Assembly: GCF_009914755.1 (NCBI RefSeq)
Contig: NC_060930.1
Length of the DNA: 64,000 nt
Strand: one strand, 5' to 3'
Source of the DNA: the human T2T-CHM13v2.0 reference genome, Homo sapiens
In this document: one piece after another, positions 44,701 through 57,519 of the stretch
How the letters are laid out: the number at the start of each line of letters is the position of its first letter
Position numbering within the stretch: the first letter of the stretch is position 1
Notes under the pieces: generated by a model
The model's database searches: none
Told to the model about the DNA's origin: nothing
What the model saw: only the letters and a program-made list of their open reading frames with translations
Program-made: the position numbers and the translations under genes

Positions 44701-46219
44701 TCCCTTGTCTCTCTCATCATGACATCAATCCCACATCTCCTATTGATGCCCCACAAATTTATTTGCAGTAGGTAGAAACATGCCTACTCATGATTACTTA
44801 ACTATCACAGGAATTAAAGGCGAGGCTAATACTGCAAATCACTTCAGTATGCTGTGCTTGGCTTCAGAAAAACCCAATGTACAGAAACAACTATAAGTCA
44901 TTTTTTGCAAGACTTAGTTTTACAAAAACTATTTGTTGGAAGTAATCATTCTCATTTTAAGAGAGAAAGAGAGGGAAAGAGGGACAAATGTACTGCCAGA
45001 GGAAAGCTATTTTATCTACCTCTTTACTTACTTTTTATTTGAGAAAATTTCAAGCACACACCAAGCAAAAGAGAATAGTCTAATGAGCCCTCACGCACCC
45101 TTTGTCCAATGGCTATCAACATTGTGCCAATCCTGACTTTAGAGAGCTTTTAAAATACAGTTTAATCCACAAAGATTGTATTTACAATCAGCTTTTCATG
45201 TTCAAATCTACTATGTAAAGAAAGATGTTTTAATTTATTTCCTGATCTGAATGGACAGGAAGATTATATTTCTCAGTTGGTTCTTCACGGGTTTGTCTGT
45301 TCTCAGGGGACTCTGAGCACACATTCCAAGCCACAGATGGAGAGAGCACCTGGTCCTCCCTAGATGCCACTCCTGACAGCCCTGAGATGCTGAATAGGCT
45401 GCCACTGTCTGGAGTCATGTGCAGGATGGGGAGAGCAATGGGCTGCAGCCAGGAATGCCAAGATGTAGCCTTGGCTTTGCTGCTGAGGTGACCTGTGCAA
45501 TCTGCTGGTCATTGGTGCTCCTGATGGGTCTCTCCAGGGACTTTAATTCTTTCACTCACAGACCATGAGTAACTGAGTCTGATGAGTGCCCCTGGTTTCC
45601 TGGAGAGGCGATTACTGATGACAGTGTACCCTGCTGTGCTGGGTGTGGGCACTGTGTGTCACCACCATCACCTGTTCTGGGATTGCCACGATGCGCATCA
45701 CTACCTAGCGTGTTTGTTTGTCACTTTGTTTATTCTGTTTCGTTTATTGTCCAACTCTTCCAACCAAACACATATTCCTTGGATGTGGGAGATGCATCTT
45801 TCTTGTTTACCATTGAATCTCTATGAAAATCCACACCTCAGTTAGCTCACTGTCTGGTGGACCAGGTGGGATGCCGCTTACAAAAACACCCAGTGCACTC
45901 AGCTGCAGGGTGTTTTTATGGTGTTGCTGTAGCTGGCTCTTGACTTGCTAAGCCTTGTGCTTTCCAGATGTTTACCCAAAAGCATAACTGGGAGAGGAGT
46001 CCAGCCATCAGCTTCCCTCTCTTCCAGTTGGCAAGCTCTTCTAGGGCTTTCACTGAATCCTTGGACTTCCTGAGCTGTCCCACCCCACAGGAGACCTGGA
46101 GTCACTGCATGTCTCACAGACAGCCAATTAGTATTTATTCAGGAAGTGCCTTTGCTATTTAGAGTTTATAATATATCCCCCAGTTCCACAAGGAAGCCTG
46201 TGTATTTGGGGAAGGTACC

Positions 46220-46771
46220 GATGGCGGATTCTATCTTCCAAAGGTGGCTGAACCAATGCATTTTCCATCCCACATACTCTTAATATTATTGGACTCATCT
46301 CCAAAGAAAGGTGGTATCTACATTCCCTCCCCTTGAGCCAGAGAAGTCCTTTATAACTGACTTAGCCAGTGGAGCTCAGTGGACTCAATGCTGCAAGCCT
46401 ACCAAAGCTGGGCAGGGAAAGGCACACAGCTCTTCCAGGCTCTCTCTCTTTCTCTGGAGGGTCACCATGTTGTGAGGAAGCCCAGGCCACATCAAGAACT
46501 CACATGTCAGTGTTCTGACTCAAGGCCTCAGGCCCAACCAGCAGCCAGCATCAACTAGCAGATATGAGAGTGATGACCGCCCCCAAGGATTTCAACACGC
46601 TGCCTTTGAGTCTTCCCTCGAAGACCCCAGAAGTCATGGGGCAGAGACATGCCACTCCTGCTGTTCCCTACCTGGATTCCTGACTCTCAGACACCGTGAG
46701 AAATAATAAAAGATGACTGTTGTTTAAGCTTCTGCATTTTGGGTCATTCGCTATGCAGTAACAATTAATAC
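46220..46771 (+). mobile_element. MaLR solo LTR (MLT1F/G-like)
   Basis: 'ttccaaaggtggctg..ccatgttgtgaggaagcccaggccaca..gtgagaaataataaa..tgttgtttaagc..ctatgcagtaacaattaataca'. Confidence 0.8.
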
Positions 46772-47339
46772 ACAGACTTCTTGAGACTCTCTTTTCACTC
46801 ACCGTAAGAAACACTGGCGATGAGTGGCTGGCCATCTAGTTAGAAGAGGGGTCTAGGGAATTTGCATTGCAGCTATGCTTGTGTACCAAGCATTACTGGA
46901 GAGAGGTCACCATGGAGATGCTACTACTTGGCATCTTGATGCCTGTGCAAACATTTCTGCAATTTACTAATCCCATACATGTTATTTAGTAGCCCTTCCA
47001 TAACTTTGTAAAGGTGCAATACAAAGCTCTTTGAGTTATCCCTAACAATAGTTAAATAAGCTACCACCTGGAAAAATTGGCATATTCTTGAATCCACAAT
47101 ATTACTGGAGTTCCCTAATGGATAGAAGTGGACCCACCCCATCCCCATTCCTATCCTCACACACTGAACCTCAGATTGTGTAAATGATAGAAAGGATGCC
47201 AGCTTCTTCTTTAGAAGTTCAAGTCATTTTGGGGACTGGCTTCAAAACAACAAACAATCCTGTTTTTGGAGCCCAACGCTGTCATGATCTCCAACATTTT
47301 GTGTTAACGTTGTGCCTCTGGAATAAAACAGGAGGGGCA

Positions 47340-47950
47340 AGCAGGACGTCACAATAGCAGTGAAGACTCTTCTGAGAAGAAAGGGCTTCACAGAATGAGT
47401 TCTGTGGGTGCCTGCAAGTCTCCTTGCTTGTTGAGCAGCTGCAGGGCACAGGGAAGCGCCATCTGGGTATTCACCAAGTTTTGTAAACAAACGGCCTTCC
47501 ACGCACTGGCAGGACACACTCCGCAGCAGATCTTGAAAGCTCGCTCCCCTGGAGACTTTCCCTAGGAAAGTGACGAGACTTTTCCAAAGGAGTTAAACTT
47601 AATGAAAAATGGGTTAGGAACGAAACAGCTTTGAAGAGGGATAGAAAGAATGGAGCAGTGTGTTATTTAGAAAGCTTTCTTCCTCAAGGACCGCCTTGCT
47701 TGCCCTATGATTCTCGTAGCTTCTCCTGCCACATTTTCCCCCACCACCCCCACCACCCCTCAAGCCCAGGAGCTGTGTTATTTCTGGTCCACCTTTGAAT
47801 GAACTGGGATAAAAATACCTGGCTTTGCAAGTGTCACACTGATCTGCCGATGTAAGTACAGTAGATCAAAGAGAAAGATAGGGTTACGCACTTTCTAGGA
47901 AACGTTTGAAAACTTGCCATTGTTCCTGAAAATTTCGGGACTGCTTTCAA
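47340..47950. promoter_or_regulatory. Candidate signal-responsive enhancer/promoter
   Basis: GACGTCA 47345-47351, TGTAAACA 47482-47489, kB-like GAGACTTTCC 47552-47561 and GAGACTTTTCC 47575-47585, GGAAAGTGA 47565-47573, TTCTAGGAA 47893-47901; motif evidence only. Confidence 0.45.
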
Positions 47951-48534
47951 TGTGTGAAAATGAAGAGGGAAAGTTTAGAGCTTCAGAAAAAATAAAAGAG
48001 GTAAATTTAGGGCTGGAGGGTGAAGTATTTGCCTTTGTAGTATTTTTATATTTAAATGATTATAGTGATCTTGCTCAGTAGGCTTGTTTCTCTATGATAA
48101 AGTTGTGGATTTTGTTATTTTAAAAAAGGAAGATAACTCCATTTTATTTGGGGGAGAACATAGGTGTTATTATAAGAATCCTTGTGATTTACCTAACTGG
48201 ATATTAGGGACTGCAAAGCAGAAAATAAGATAATTATGATATGCTGGTGTTGCATCTCACCTGCGTTTAATCTGATCACTAACTTTAGAACCGAAGCCCT
48301 TCCCCTACCAGAAACTATAACTCTACAAAACCATTGCCAAGGGATGAGAATGATACCATTCAGCGGAACTACAAACAAGAAAGTCAAACTGGAAAACCAG
48401 AAAACAGATGGCTAAACTCTTTTCTAAACTTTTCCAAGAGCAGTGTTTATGCAGGTATGTATTTCTGATTAATCAAAATATAGATTTGAATCCAGTTAAC
48501 ATGTTTTGAGCACGGCATCTGTGCCAAGACCTTT

Positions 48535-48536
<2 letters not shown>

Positions 48537-48575
<39 letters not shown>

Positions 48576-48600
48576 CACACACAACAACAACAACACCACA
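48537..48600 (+). repeat. (AC)n microsatellite grading into (ACA)n
   Basis: About 23 AC units with one interruption, then acaacaacaacaac. Confidence 0.97.
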
Positions 48601-49551
48601 AACAGACAAGAAGGCATTATAAAGTTTTAGATATTAAGATAGGATGGATTAAACACCACAGGTAAGGGGACCCCTCACTCTAAATTCACCTTTAAAGATT
48701 TGGAAATTATCTTACCAGTAGAAGATCATCATTCCTTGTAGCACATCAGCTCCTGCTGAGCAGCGACCCTAACCTTGGAAGAGGACAGCTGTGGCTTGGT
48801 TTACCCCGCAGTGGTAGCTCTGTATTCAGAGCACAGTCATGTATTCAGAAGCACTCAAAAGAAAAAGAAGCAGAGGCCACCAGCTAAACCACTCATGGCC
48901 TCCTCAAACAATGACACTGAAAAGCCATGTGCCCCTTGGACTTGCCACATCATTGGCCTGGCTTGTGTAGCAGCAGGAGGCCAGAGTTAGGAAGACTTCA
49001 TTTCTCCTGCCACTTCATCCCTTCATGCAAATAACCTGTGCAGCCTGTTTTCTTCCTGTGTTCTATTAACTAGGATATGAGGTAGAAATATGTCACAATC
49101 ATGGGAAACATACAAAACTTGATGACTGAAATGTGCTTGTCTGTGAAGTGCCACCTATGCCTTCAAAGTGATAAAGATCCAGACTGAGTTGAAAAGAATG
49201 ATAAAGACAGAGCTGAGAGGGCCACAGTTTTAGTGACAGCCTCAGCTGTGACAAAGGAGAGAAAACAGAAAGACCTGGGAAAGTGCAAGGATGAAGCAAT
49301 TAAGTTTGAGAAATGTGATGTGAGGTTTAGGAAAGGTGGATTTTAGCCCCAGCAGACTTTTAGCTGGACACGGACCTAATACCTTGAGACTTCATTGTTC
49401 CCATTAAAGAAAAAATTATCTTCTGACTTTCTAGGGGTTTGGGGGTCCCAGATATCAAAAGATTTAAACCACTTAGGAGGTAAGTTCTAAGTTCTCTATG
49501 GAACTGCAATTATTATTTTTGATATTTTTGTTATATTATAATGCATAAACC

Positions 49552-49709
49552 TGGGACTGGCTACATACTTTGCAGAGTTCAGGAGAAAATGAAAAGGAGG
49601 GATTGCATGTACAAAATTATTAAGACTCACAAGCTGGTAACAGCAAGACCCTTCTGATCAGGAGGTTCTGCATGAATGCACTGGTCACCAGGCCATGAAG
49701 CGAGCTCTG
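49552..49709 (+). mobile_element. MER91-like hAT DNA element
   Basis: 'gggactggctacatactttgcagagttcaggagaaaatgaaaa..aaaattattaaga..ccatgaagcgagctctg'. Confidence 0.65.
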
Positions 49710-49717
49710 CATAAACC

Positions 49718-49757
49718 AGCATCAGAAAAAAAAAAAAAAGAATTTTTTTCTGATGCT
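49718..49757. repeat. Perfect 15-bp inverted repeat with a 10-nt spacer
   Basis: agcatcagaaaaaaa (49718-49732) and tttttttctgatgct (49743-49757). Confidence 0.92.
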
Positions 49758-50565
49758 TGGTAGTCAAATACAGCTGATTGTATCAGAATGCGAGCAACAC
49801 AGGGAAGATTGAGGATAAGCCCAACAAGGGCAGGTATTTTTGTTGTTTGGGTCACTATTTTACAGGAGTACAGGCTGCCCAGTTAAACATGAATTTCAGA
49901 TAAACAGCAAAGAGGATGGCGAGGAGTAAGAAAAAACAAAACAAAAAAATTCTTGCTTCAGGATGGATCATTGTTTCCATAATCATTTTCAAGGATGCAT
50001 ACATAAATATATAATATTCTTAAACACTTTTGGAGACAAAATCTAATTAATTTATAGATAAATGTATCAACCATAGAGAGAGAATTGCTATATCACACTC
50101 TGGGACGGCTGTTTGCATTCAATTGTGCTTTTAATTTCTTATTTATTTATGCTCCCAAACAACTGATTATTTGATTAAATTGATTTTATTTCTTCAAAGA
50201 TTTTTGAACCTTCAGTCTAAAAAGACTAAAAGCTTAATTGTTAAAGGAAAATGTATCTAACCTGGTGAGAAATTAGACACTGGGCATACTCTTCTCTATT
50301 TTACTTTTTCTCTTTCCGCTTCTGTATATTTTTCCTTGCTTTTTCTTCTTTCCTCTTTCCTATCTTCCTTCCACCCTGCACAAAGCCACCTGTCTTTTAC
50401 CATGTGTATAGTACAGGTAAACTTTGAGTACTAACTGCAGCCAGCATTAGGCATCTAAACATCACATATCATGTGATCAAACTCAATTATTCAGAATGCT
50501 GTCCTTATTTTAACAGAGATATTACAACAGCCTTAAATACTAGCCTACTATTAATATTACTGAGG

Positions 50566-50949
50566 TGTATTAGTCTGTTATCACACTGCTATAAAGACAA
50601 ACCTGTGACTGGATAACTTATAAAGAAAAGAGGTTTAATTAGCTCACAGTTCTGCAGGACGCACAAGCTTCTGCTTCTGGGGAGGCCTCAGGAAACTTAC
50701 AATCATTGCAGAAATCAAAGGGGAAGTAGTTACATTTTCACATGGCCAGCAAGAGAGAGAGAGCGAAGAGGGAAGTGTTACACACTTTCAAACAAGCAGA
50801 TCTTGTGAAAACTCACTCACTGTCACAAGAACAATAAGGGGGAAGTCCACCACCATAATCCAATCACCTCCCACCAGGCCCCTCATCCAACATTGAGGAT
50901 TATGATTCTACGTGAGATTTGGGTGAGGACCCAGAGCCAAACCATATCA
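50566..50949 (-). mobile_element. MSTA-like MaLR solo LTR
   Basis: tgtattagtctgttatcacactgctataaag..cagagccaaaccatatca; perfect 5-bp TSD tgagg at 50561-50565 and 50950-50954. Confidence 0.93.
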
Positions 50950-51411
50950 TGAGGAAACACTGGCCTTAGCCAGAGTGGGTATAAGAGAGAATATACAAAG
51001 GCGTATGCATGAATACATAAGCATGTTTTTGTGAATGTCACTTTATTTAAGCTCAATTCTTTGGAGTCAAAGAAAACTCCATACACTGAATTCCCTCCTG
51101 AAAGTGGCCATTGTGGAGGATTCATGATGAATTCAAGTACGTTTGAAATCCTAGAGTTCTTCAGGACAAGTAAATAAACAGAAGTAAAGATCACCTCCGT
51201 TATGTAGGTGAGATTTTGGTTCTGCCCCAGGATGGCACAGAGCAAAGCTGTCCATACAGAGGTTCTGCATGACCCTCTGCAGTTGCTTCTGGGCTGTCTC
51301 ATTCACAATCCTACCATTGGCCTGCTGGTAAAAAATCATTTGTAGAGAGGGACATTCCCCCCCTACCCCACCACCAAATACTAACTAACCTTGTAAGGCT
51401 TCTCCAGCATG

Positions 51412-51601
51412 TGGGGTTGCCAGATAAAATACAAGCTGCCCAGTTAAATGTGAATTTCAGATAAACAGCAAAAAAAAAATTTAGTATGGATATCTCCCAA
51501 ATACTGTATGGAACATATACTAAAAAGTTATTTGTGTTCATCCGAAGTTCAAATTTAACCTGGCATTCTTTTTTTTTTTTCTTGCTACATCTGGCACTCC
51601 T
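51412..51601. mobile_element. MER53 palindromic MITE
   Basis: TIR-like ends ggggttgccagat / atctggcactcct; internal ccagttaaatgtgaatttcagataaac mirrored by gttcatccgaagttcaaatttaacctgg. Confidence 0.85.
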
Positions 51602-52294
51602 TGGAGCATGGAATTTAGCAGAGCATGCTTTGAGTATTATCTGGGCTTTACTGAGCTTCTGTTCACACCCTTACAGCAAATGTACCCCAGAGTATAAAGA
51701 ATATCGAAGGTCAGTTGGATCCCACTGGAGGAACTAAAGCAGTCACATTGACCAGCAGAAACGAAAATGGCGTGCCACTGTGTTAGGAGGTTGTGGGTCA
51801 GGGGCGCCCTGGGCAGTGGTGTCTTGGGGCCTGTGGACACTGTAGGGAGTTCTATGAAAGCTGTGTGAAAGCTCAGACCCACATAGGTGGGTCTGAGAGA
51901 GACGCTGTGTGTGCTGTTTGTTGTCTTCTCCAGTTAGAGGAGGCAACGGAGTATGGCAGAACTGTCTTCGTCATTAGTTTTCACTGGGATGTTTCTGCTT
52001 TGGCAAAATACTCATCAAATATCTGAGTCCGCAAAACGCATGGCTTGCCGGGAGAAGGAAACTTTGGGGCTGCTCCCAAGCCAGTGCTTGGGAGAAAACA
52101 TCCCAAATAGGGGTGAACACAGGCTCATGAGCAGAAGGCTTTGGCCTCCATGGGGATATCAGGAAATTCAAGGTCCATTATCCTTTTTCCCTCTGGTAGA
52201 AGCACATGCCCATTGGCAGAAAAGACTGTGAAGTTTGGAGCAAGCTCATCTTTTTTCACATAGTAAAAGGGAGATTTAACTCAATGACTAATTT

Positions 52295-52505
52295 TATTTA
52301 TTTAAGAGACACATAGCGTTTCTTATCTGCCAGGCGTTGTTCTAAATGCTTGGCAAGCATCAACTCACTAAATCTTTTAATAAACTGGGAGATAGGTTTT
52401 ATCATTGACCCCATTTTACAGAAAAAGAAACTGAGGCAGAGAGAGATTAAATAACTTGCCCAAGGTTACACAGGTAGGAATCATCCCGGGCTATCTTTTA
52501 ACTAC
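52295..52505 (-). mobile_element. MIR SINE
   Basis: 'ccccattttacagaaaaagaaactgaggcagagagagattaaataacttgcccaaggttacacag'. Confidence 0.9.
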
Positions 52506-53482
52506 CTTGCTAGAGTTCAAGGAGGGCTTGTTCCCACAATCAAGCAAGCATTCAGGTTTTTGTGATGACGATAAGAGGATGAAGATGTATGATGAGGCAC
52601 ATAGCTCCGTGCTAGCTCTGGAAGGGTCAAAGATACATGACCGCTGGCTGGCACATCATAGGCACTCTAGAATTACAGTTATTGCTGTTAGGCCTGGAAA
52701 CCCTTATTGTGGGTGCCAGACCAGTGCAAGCTGCTAGGGACACATAGAAGAAAAAGTCCTTATCTCTGTTGCAGAAGTTGACAGGTATGAATCATATTTT
52801 CCTCCCAAACAGGACAATCAAGTAAGAGTGATGCAGTTAGCTGTGGTGAAGCAACTGGCCAAATAGTCCCTGAAATGCTCAGAAAAGACCACTAGTGATC
52901 TTCTAACTTCTAGCCTTTCTCCAAGCTGATTATCTGTTATCTGTATTTCCTAAAGATGTGCCTGGTGGCCACATTGTATACCCAAATATTCACTTATGTG
53001 ATAAATCCACCAACATTGGCCACGTTAAACAATACCCAGGGATTGGGTATCCCTGAGATTTAAAAACAAGTTTTATTATTATTTGTTGCTGTATTTCCTG
53101 ACATCTTAATAAAACAGATTTATGAAACAAGAGACATTAAGATTTGGGGTAATTGAACCTTTTGCTGATATTTATAAAATCAGAGGATCTCAGGGATGGC
53201 AAATACCTCCAAGTTGTTCTGGCTCAGCAGTCCACTGGGTTCTGAATTGTCCTCTATCTCATTCTTGCTAACTTCCAAGAATCCCATTAAGAGCCCAGAT
53301 GCATACGCAGTGATTGTTTAAACTAGTTATAATGCTACTATATCAGGCAGTTATGATTTATGTTATGAACTTCAGCTTCACAGTCTATACTATATCTTAT
53401 CCAGAAAACTCTGAATGCATTAAAAAAACCCATAGATTGTACATTGAAAGTTGATTACATTTTCTTGAAATACATATACTTC

Positions 53483-56400
53483 CCTAGCTAGAGGTTTGTC
53501 ATTTTAAAAAAATCTGTTCAAAGAACCAACTTTTGGTTTGACTGATTTTCTCCATTGTTTTTCTATTCTTTAGTTTACTAATTTTCACTCTAATCTTTAT
53601 GATTCTTTGCTTCTGCTTGCTGTTTTAGTTTGGTGCTCTTTTTCCAGCATCTTAAGGTGGGAGGTTAGGTTTTTAGTTTGAGATATTTCTTCTTTATTAT
53701 TATGGGAATGTACAGCTATATATTTTCCTCTAAGCACTGCTTTGATTTCATCCCACAAATTTTGGTGTGTTGTGTCTTCATTTTCATTCATTTTAAAGTA
53801 CTTTCTAATTTCCCTTTGACTCATAGTTTTCTTCTTTGACTCATAGGTTATTTAAGATATGTTGTTTTATTGTTACACCTTTGTGAATCCCCCAAACATC
53901 TTTCTGTTGTTATTGATTCTTAATTTTTTTCATTATGGTCATAAAAAAGAATTTGCATTAATCATTTTTAATTTAATGAAGGCTGTTTATGGTATCTTAT
54001 ATGGTCAATCCTTAAGAAGGTTCCATGTGCACTTGAAAAAAAAAGCCTATTCTATTGTTACTGGGTGGAGTTTTCCATAGATGTCTGCTAGGTCTACCTG
54101 GAGTTGGTTTATATGTTGATCACGTCTATTTCCTTGTTTGTCTTCTGCCTACTTGTTTCATTCATTACAGAAAGTTAGTATGAAAGCTTCAAACTATTAT
54201 TGTTGAATTTTCTATTTCTCCCTGATATGGTTTGGCTTTGTTCCCACCCAAATCTCATCTTGAATTGTAGCTCCCATAATTCCCATGTGTTTTGGGAGGG
54301 ACCCAGTGGGAAATAATTGAATCATGGGGGTGGTTTCCCCCATACTCTTTGAGTGGTAGTAAATAAGTCTCATGAGATCTGATGGTTTTATAATGGATTT
54401 CCTCTTTCACTTGGCTCTCATTGCGACTCTTGCCTGCCCCGATGTAAGATGTGCCTTTGCTCCTCCCTTGCCTTCCATCATGATTTTGAAGCCTGCCCAG
54501 CAGCATAGAAACATGAGTCCATCAAATTTTTTTTCTTTATAAATTACCCTGTCTCAGGTATGTCTTTATCAGCAGTGTGAGAACAGACTAATATATCCCC
54601 TCAATTCTGTTTGTTTTCACTGCATGGGATTTTGGAGTTCCAATTGTTAAGTACATATATGTTTTAAATTGTTATTTTCTCTAGATGAATTGACCCTTTT
54701 ATCATTATAAAAGATTCCTCTCTATTTCTAGTAACTTTTTGGTTTGTTTTGAAGTCTGTTTTGTTTGATATTATAAAGTCACTACAAGGTTGCTGTTTGC
54801 ATGGTATATCTTTTTCCATTCGTTTACTTCCAACCTATTTATATCTTTTGATCTCAAATGTGTCTCTTGTTGACAGCATGTAGTTGGATTTTGTATCTTT
54901 ATCCAGTCTGATGATTTCAGCCTCTTGATTTGATTGTTATCCAATCAAATCTAACATTTAGTGTTATATTGATAGAGTTGTGTTTACATCTGATAGTTTG
55001 CTTTTTGTTTTCTGTCTCATGTTCTTTTTGTTCCTCTGCTCCTCCATTATTGATTTCTTTTGTATACATAAATTTCTTTCACTATGCTTTTTACTTATTT
55101 TCTAGTAGTTACTCTAAGGGTTTACCATATATGTCTTAATTTATCAGAATTTACTTCAGACCTATACTAACTTAATTCCGGTGAGATATAGAAACATTAC
55201 TCCTATATAGCTCTGTTAACCCCACATCTGGTCTCTTTCACAGGCACATTTGGTTACCTGCTTTTGATCCTGTGTAGATTATGCTTTTTCTGTTTCTTTG
55301 CCTCACAACTTTTTGTTGATAACCGAACATAAAATTTTATGGTAGCGCTGGATACCAATACCCTCTCTGAGCCTTGTTGTTTTTGTTTGCTTGTTTATTT
55401 ATTTTGCTACTTGGCTAGACCATTCTAGGGATGTCTATTTCCCCAGTAGTGTGAGACCTCTGATGTTGCTTCTCAAAGAGTGCAAAATTAGAAACGTGTT
55501 CAGCCAGGTGGGATGAGATTTGTTTGAGCAGGGCTTTCTTTGACTATTTCTTTCCCTTGTCACAGCCAGCTGATAGGCTCCACTAACTGCTTGCTGATTG
55601 CTCAATTGTTTACAAGAATGCCCTGATAGAAACTGTTCCACAGTCTGATTCAATTAAATTTGAGCTCTTTTGCAGGGGTAGGTGTGAAGTCAGTGTTTGA
55701 AGTTTGTTCTGACCTCAGAAGGGCTCGTCATAGCTATGTCTTATAATTGGTTCTCTCTCATAAACGAACTGGTCTATTATTTAGCTTGGGTCTCTTGTGA
55801 AGTCTCCTCTTAATTGCTTAACCCTGAATCTTCCATTGCTTATGATAGTGTCTTTAGGCTCGAACTTCCCCACACTGTGTTTCAAAGGCAAACTTTAGAA
55901 GGCTTGCCTCTCCCCCTGGGATAAATCTTTGAGCCATGGCTCCGTAGCTGGGGATAGGAATAGTGGTGACTCCCTGCTTTTAGGAGCAGGGCACCAGGTG
56001 AGATGGCAGCCTCTGGTTTTCCCAGCTTATCTCTCCTAATATGGAGACTGCTGCATATTGGAGCAGAGTCTGCCCTATGAACAAGCTGAATGAGAGCAAA
56101 TGGGACCCCAGTACTCTCAGTGTGCTATGGCTGATTGAAGGATGGATGGAAGAAGGGATTCCTTGACCCAGCTGCACTTGACTGGAATTTACACTTTGCA
56201 ATTCTTAGCTGGGGAGAATGAGAAATGCTGGCAGCCTGCCCTTCCTGGGAAGATGCCGCAGCCCTCGATTGAGAACTGAGGGGAGCAGGATCTTGCGTTC
56301 TTGGCTGCACTCACTTGGGATGGAGTCTCTGTTATGCTGAGCTAGGAGAGAGAAAGGAGGAAGTGGGTTGAGGTTCAAATGCCAGACTCTTACTGTTCTG

Positions 56401-56570
56401 GCAGACTTTTAGTAGACAGTCTGGAGCAAATTTTCTGCATTTGCTGTGTGCCCTTAGAGCAATTTCCAGAAACTTCTGATGGTTGTTGTTGCCTTTTATA
56501 TTTTCACCAGTTATGTGTGTTTAGTGGAGGAGCAGAGCCATGCAGCAGCTCACATGGCCATTCTGGGAAT
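53483..56570 (-). mobile_element. Ancient L1M: ORF2 5' part plus 5'UTR-like sequence, interrupted by THE1
   Basis: ORF 53597-53824 'REIRKYFKMNENEDTTHQNLWDEIKAVLRGKYIA' is L1 ORF2; T-rich antisense L1 continues to about 55230; the right-hand boundary is uncertain. Confidence 0.75.
54223..54595 (+). mobile_element. THE1 (C/D-like) solo LTR
   Basis: tgatatggtttggctttgttcccacccaaatctcatcttgaattgtagctccc..gaacagactaatata. Confidence 0.94.
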
Positions 56571-57519
56571 GAGAACATATTCTTCCAGTTTTCAGTACTT
56601 TTTTAGGTATGCTTCATGCACACAAAGAACAACTTTCACAATTGTTTAAATGGCCTATAAAAGGGGAGGGGAAATACTTTACTTTATATTCACAATGTCA
56701 CTGACCATACATGGGGTTTCAGTTTGATTGGTTAGTTGTTTGTTTATACACTACCAGCCACATCAGACAGGACTGGAGATGGTTTAAAAACTGGATATGC
56801 TATAGCAAGAAAAGCAAAACATTAATTCAGGGAAGCAAGGCAAAGGGAAAGTAAGAAATTCTTAGAGGTTTTTCCAATAATGATTATGCATTTTGTTAAA
56901 GTGCTTGAATTTTCTTGACTGCTCACTAATGTAATAAAAAACAAACATGGTTTTTCAAGGTGCCTAGTCTCCTTAAAGGGACAAATCATAGCCTCTGCTT
57001 TTTTGGGCTGCATTTTCCTATAGTATTTAACCTGTGGGATCAGCTACTCATTAACATAGGTTTTACAAGCCATTTGTTTTTATGAAACTGTTCCTTCTGT
57101 CCTGTGTTAATCTCCAGACTTCTGAAATAACTGCCTATCTTATTCCTCAGATATATTCTACTAAAATTTATTATCACATTGTCTTATAAGAATAAATAAC
57201 TAGAGCTGAAATGTATATGAGTAATTCATTTCAGTTAATTTGGAATAGCTTGTTCATAGCTCTGACTATATAGAGATACCTGATAGATATACTACTACAT
57301 TCTCCTTTAGTCTTGTTATTTTGGGCCCAAAGCACCAAATCAATGTCCTTTGCTTTTATTTCAAATTGTATTGTCAGGTCACAAACATTAAATTCCCACA
57401 AAATTGTCATTTAATGAAAGATTCAGATCTTTAGAACATATAGTTTACTTGATACCAAATAAAGGTGATTGCATTGCCACTGGAATTTAAAGCCTTGGAG
57501 CTGCATTATTCAGATTTGG

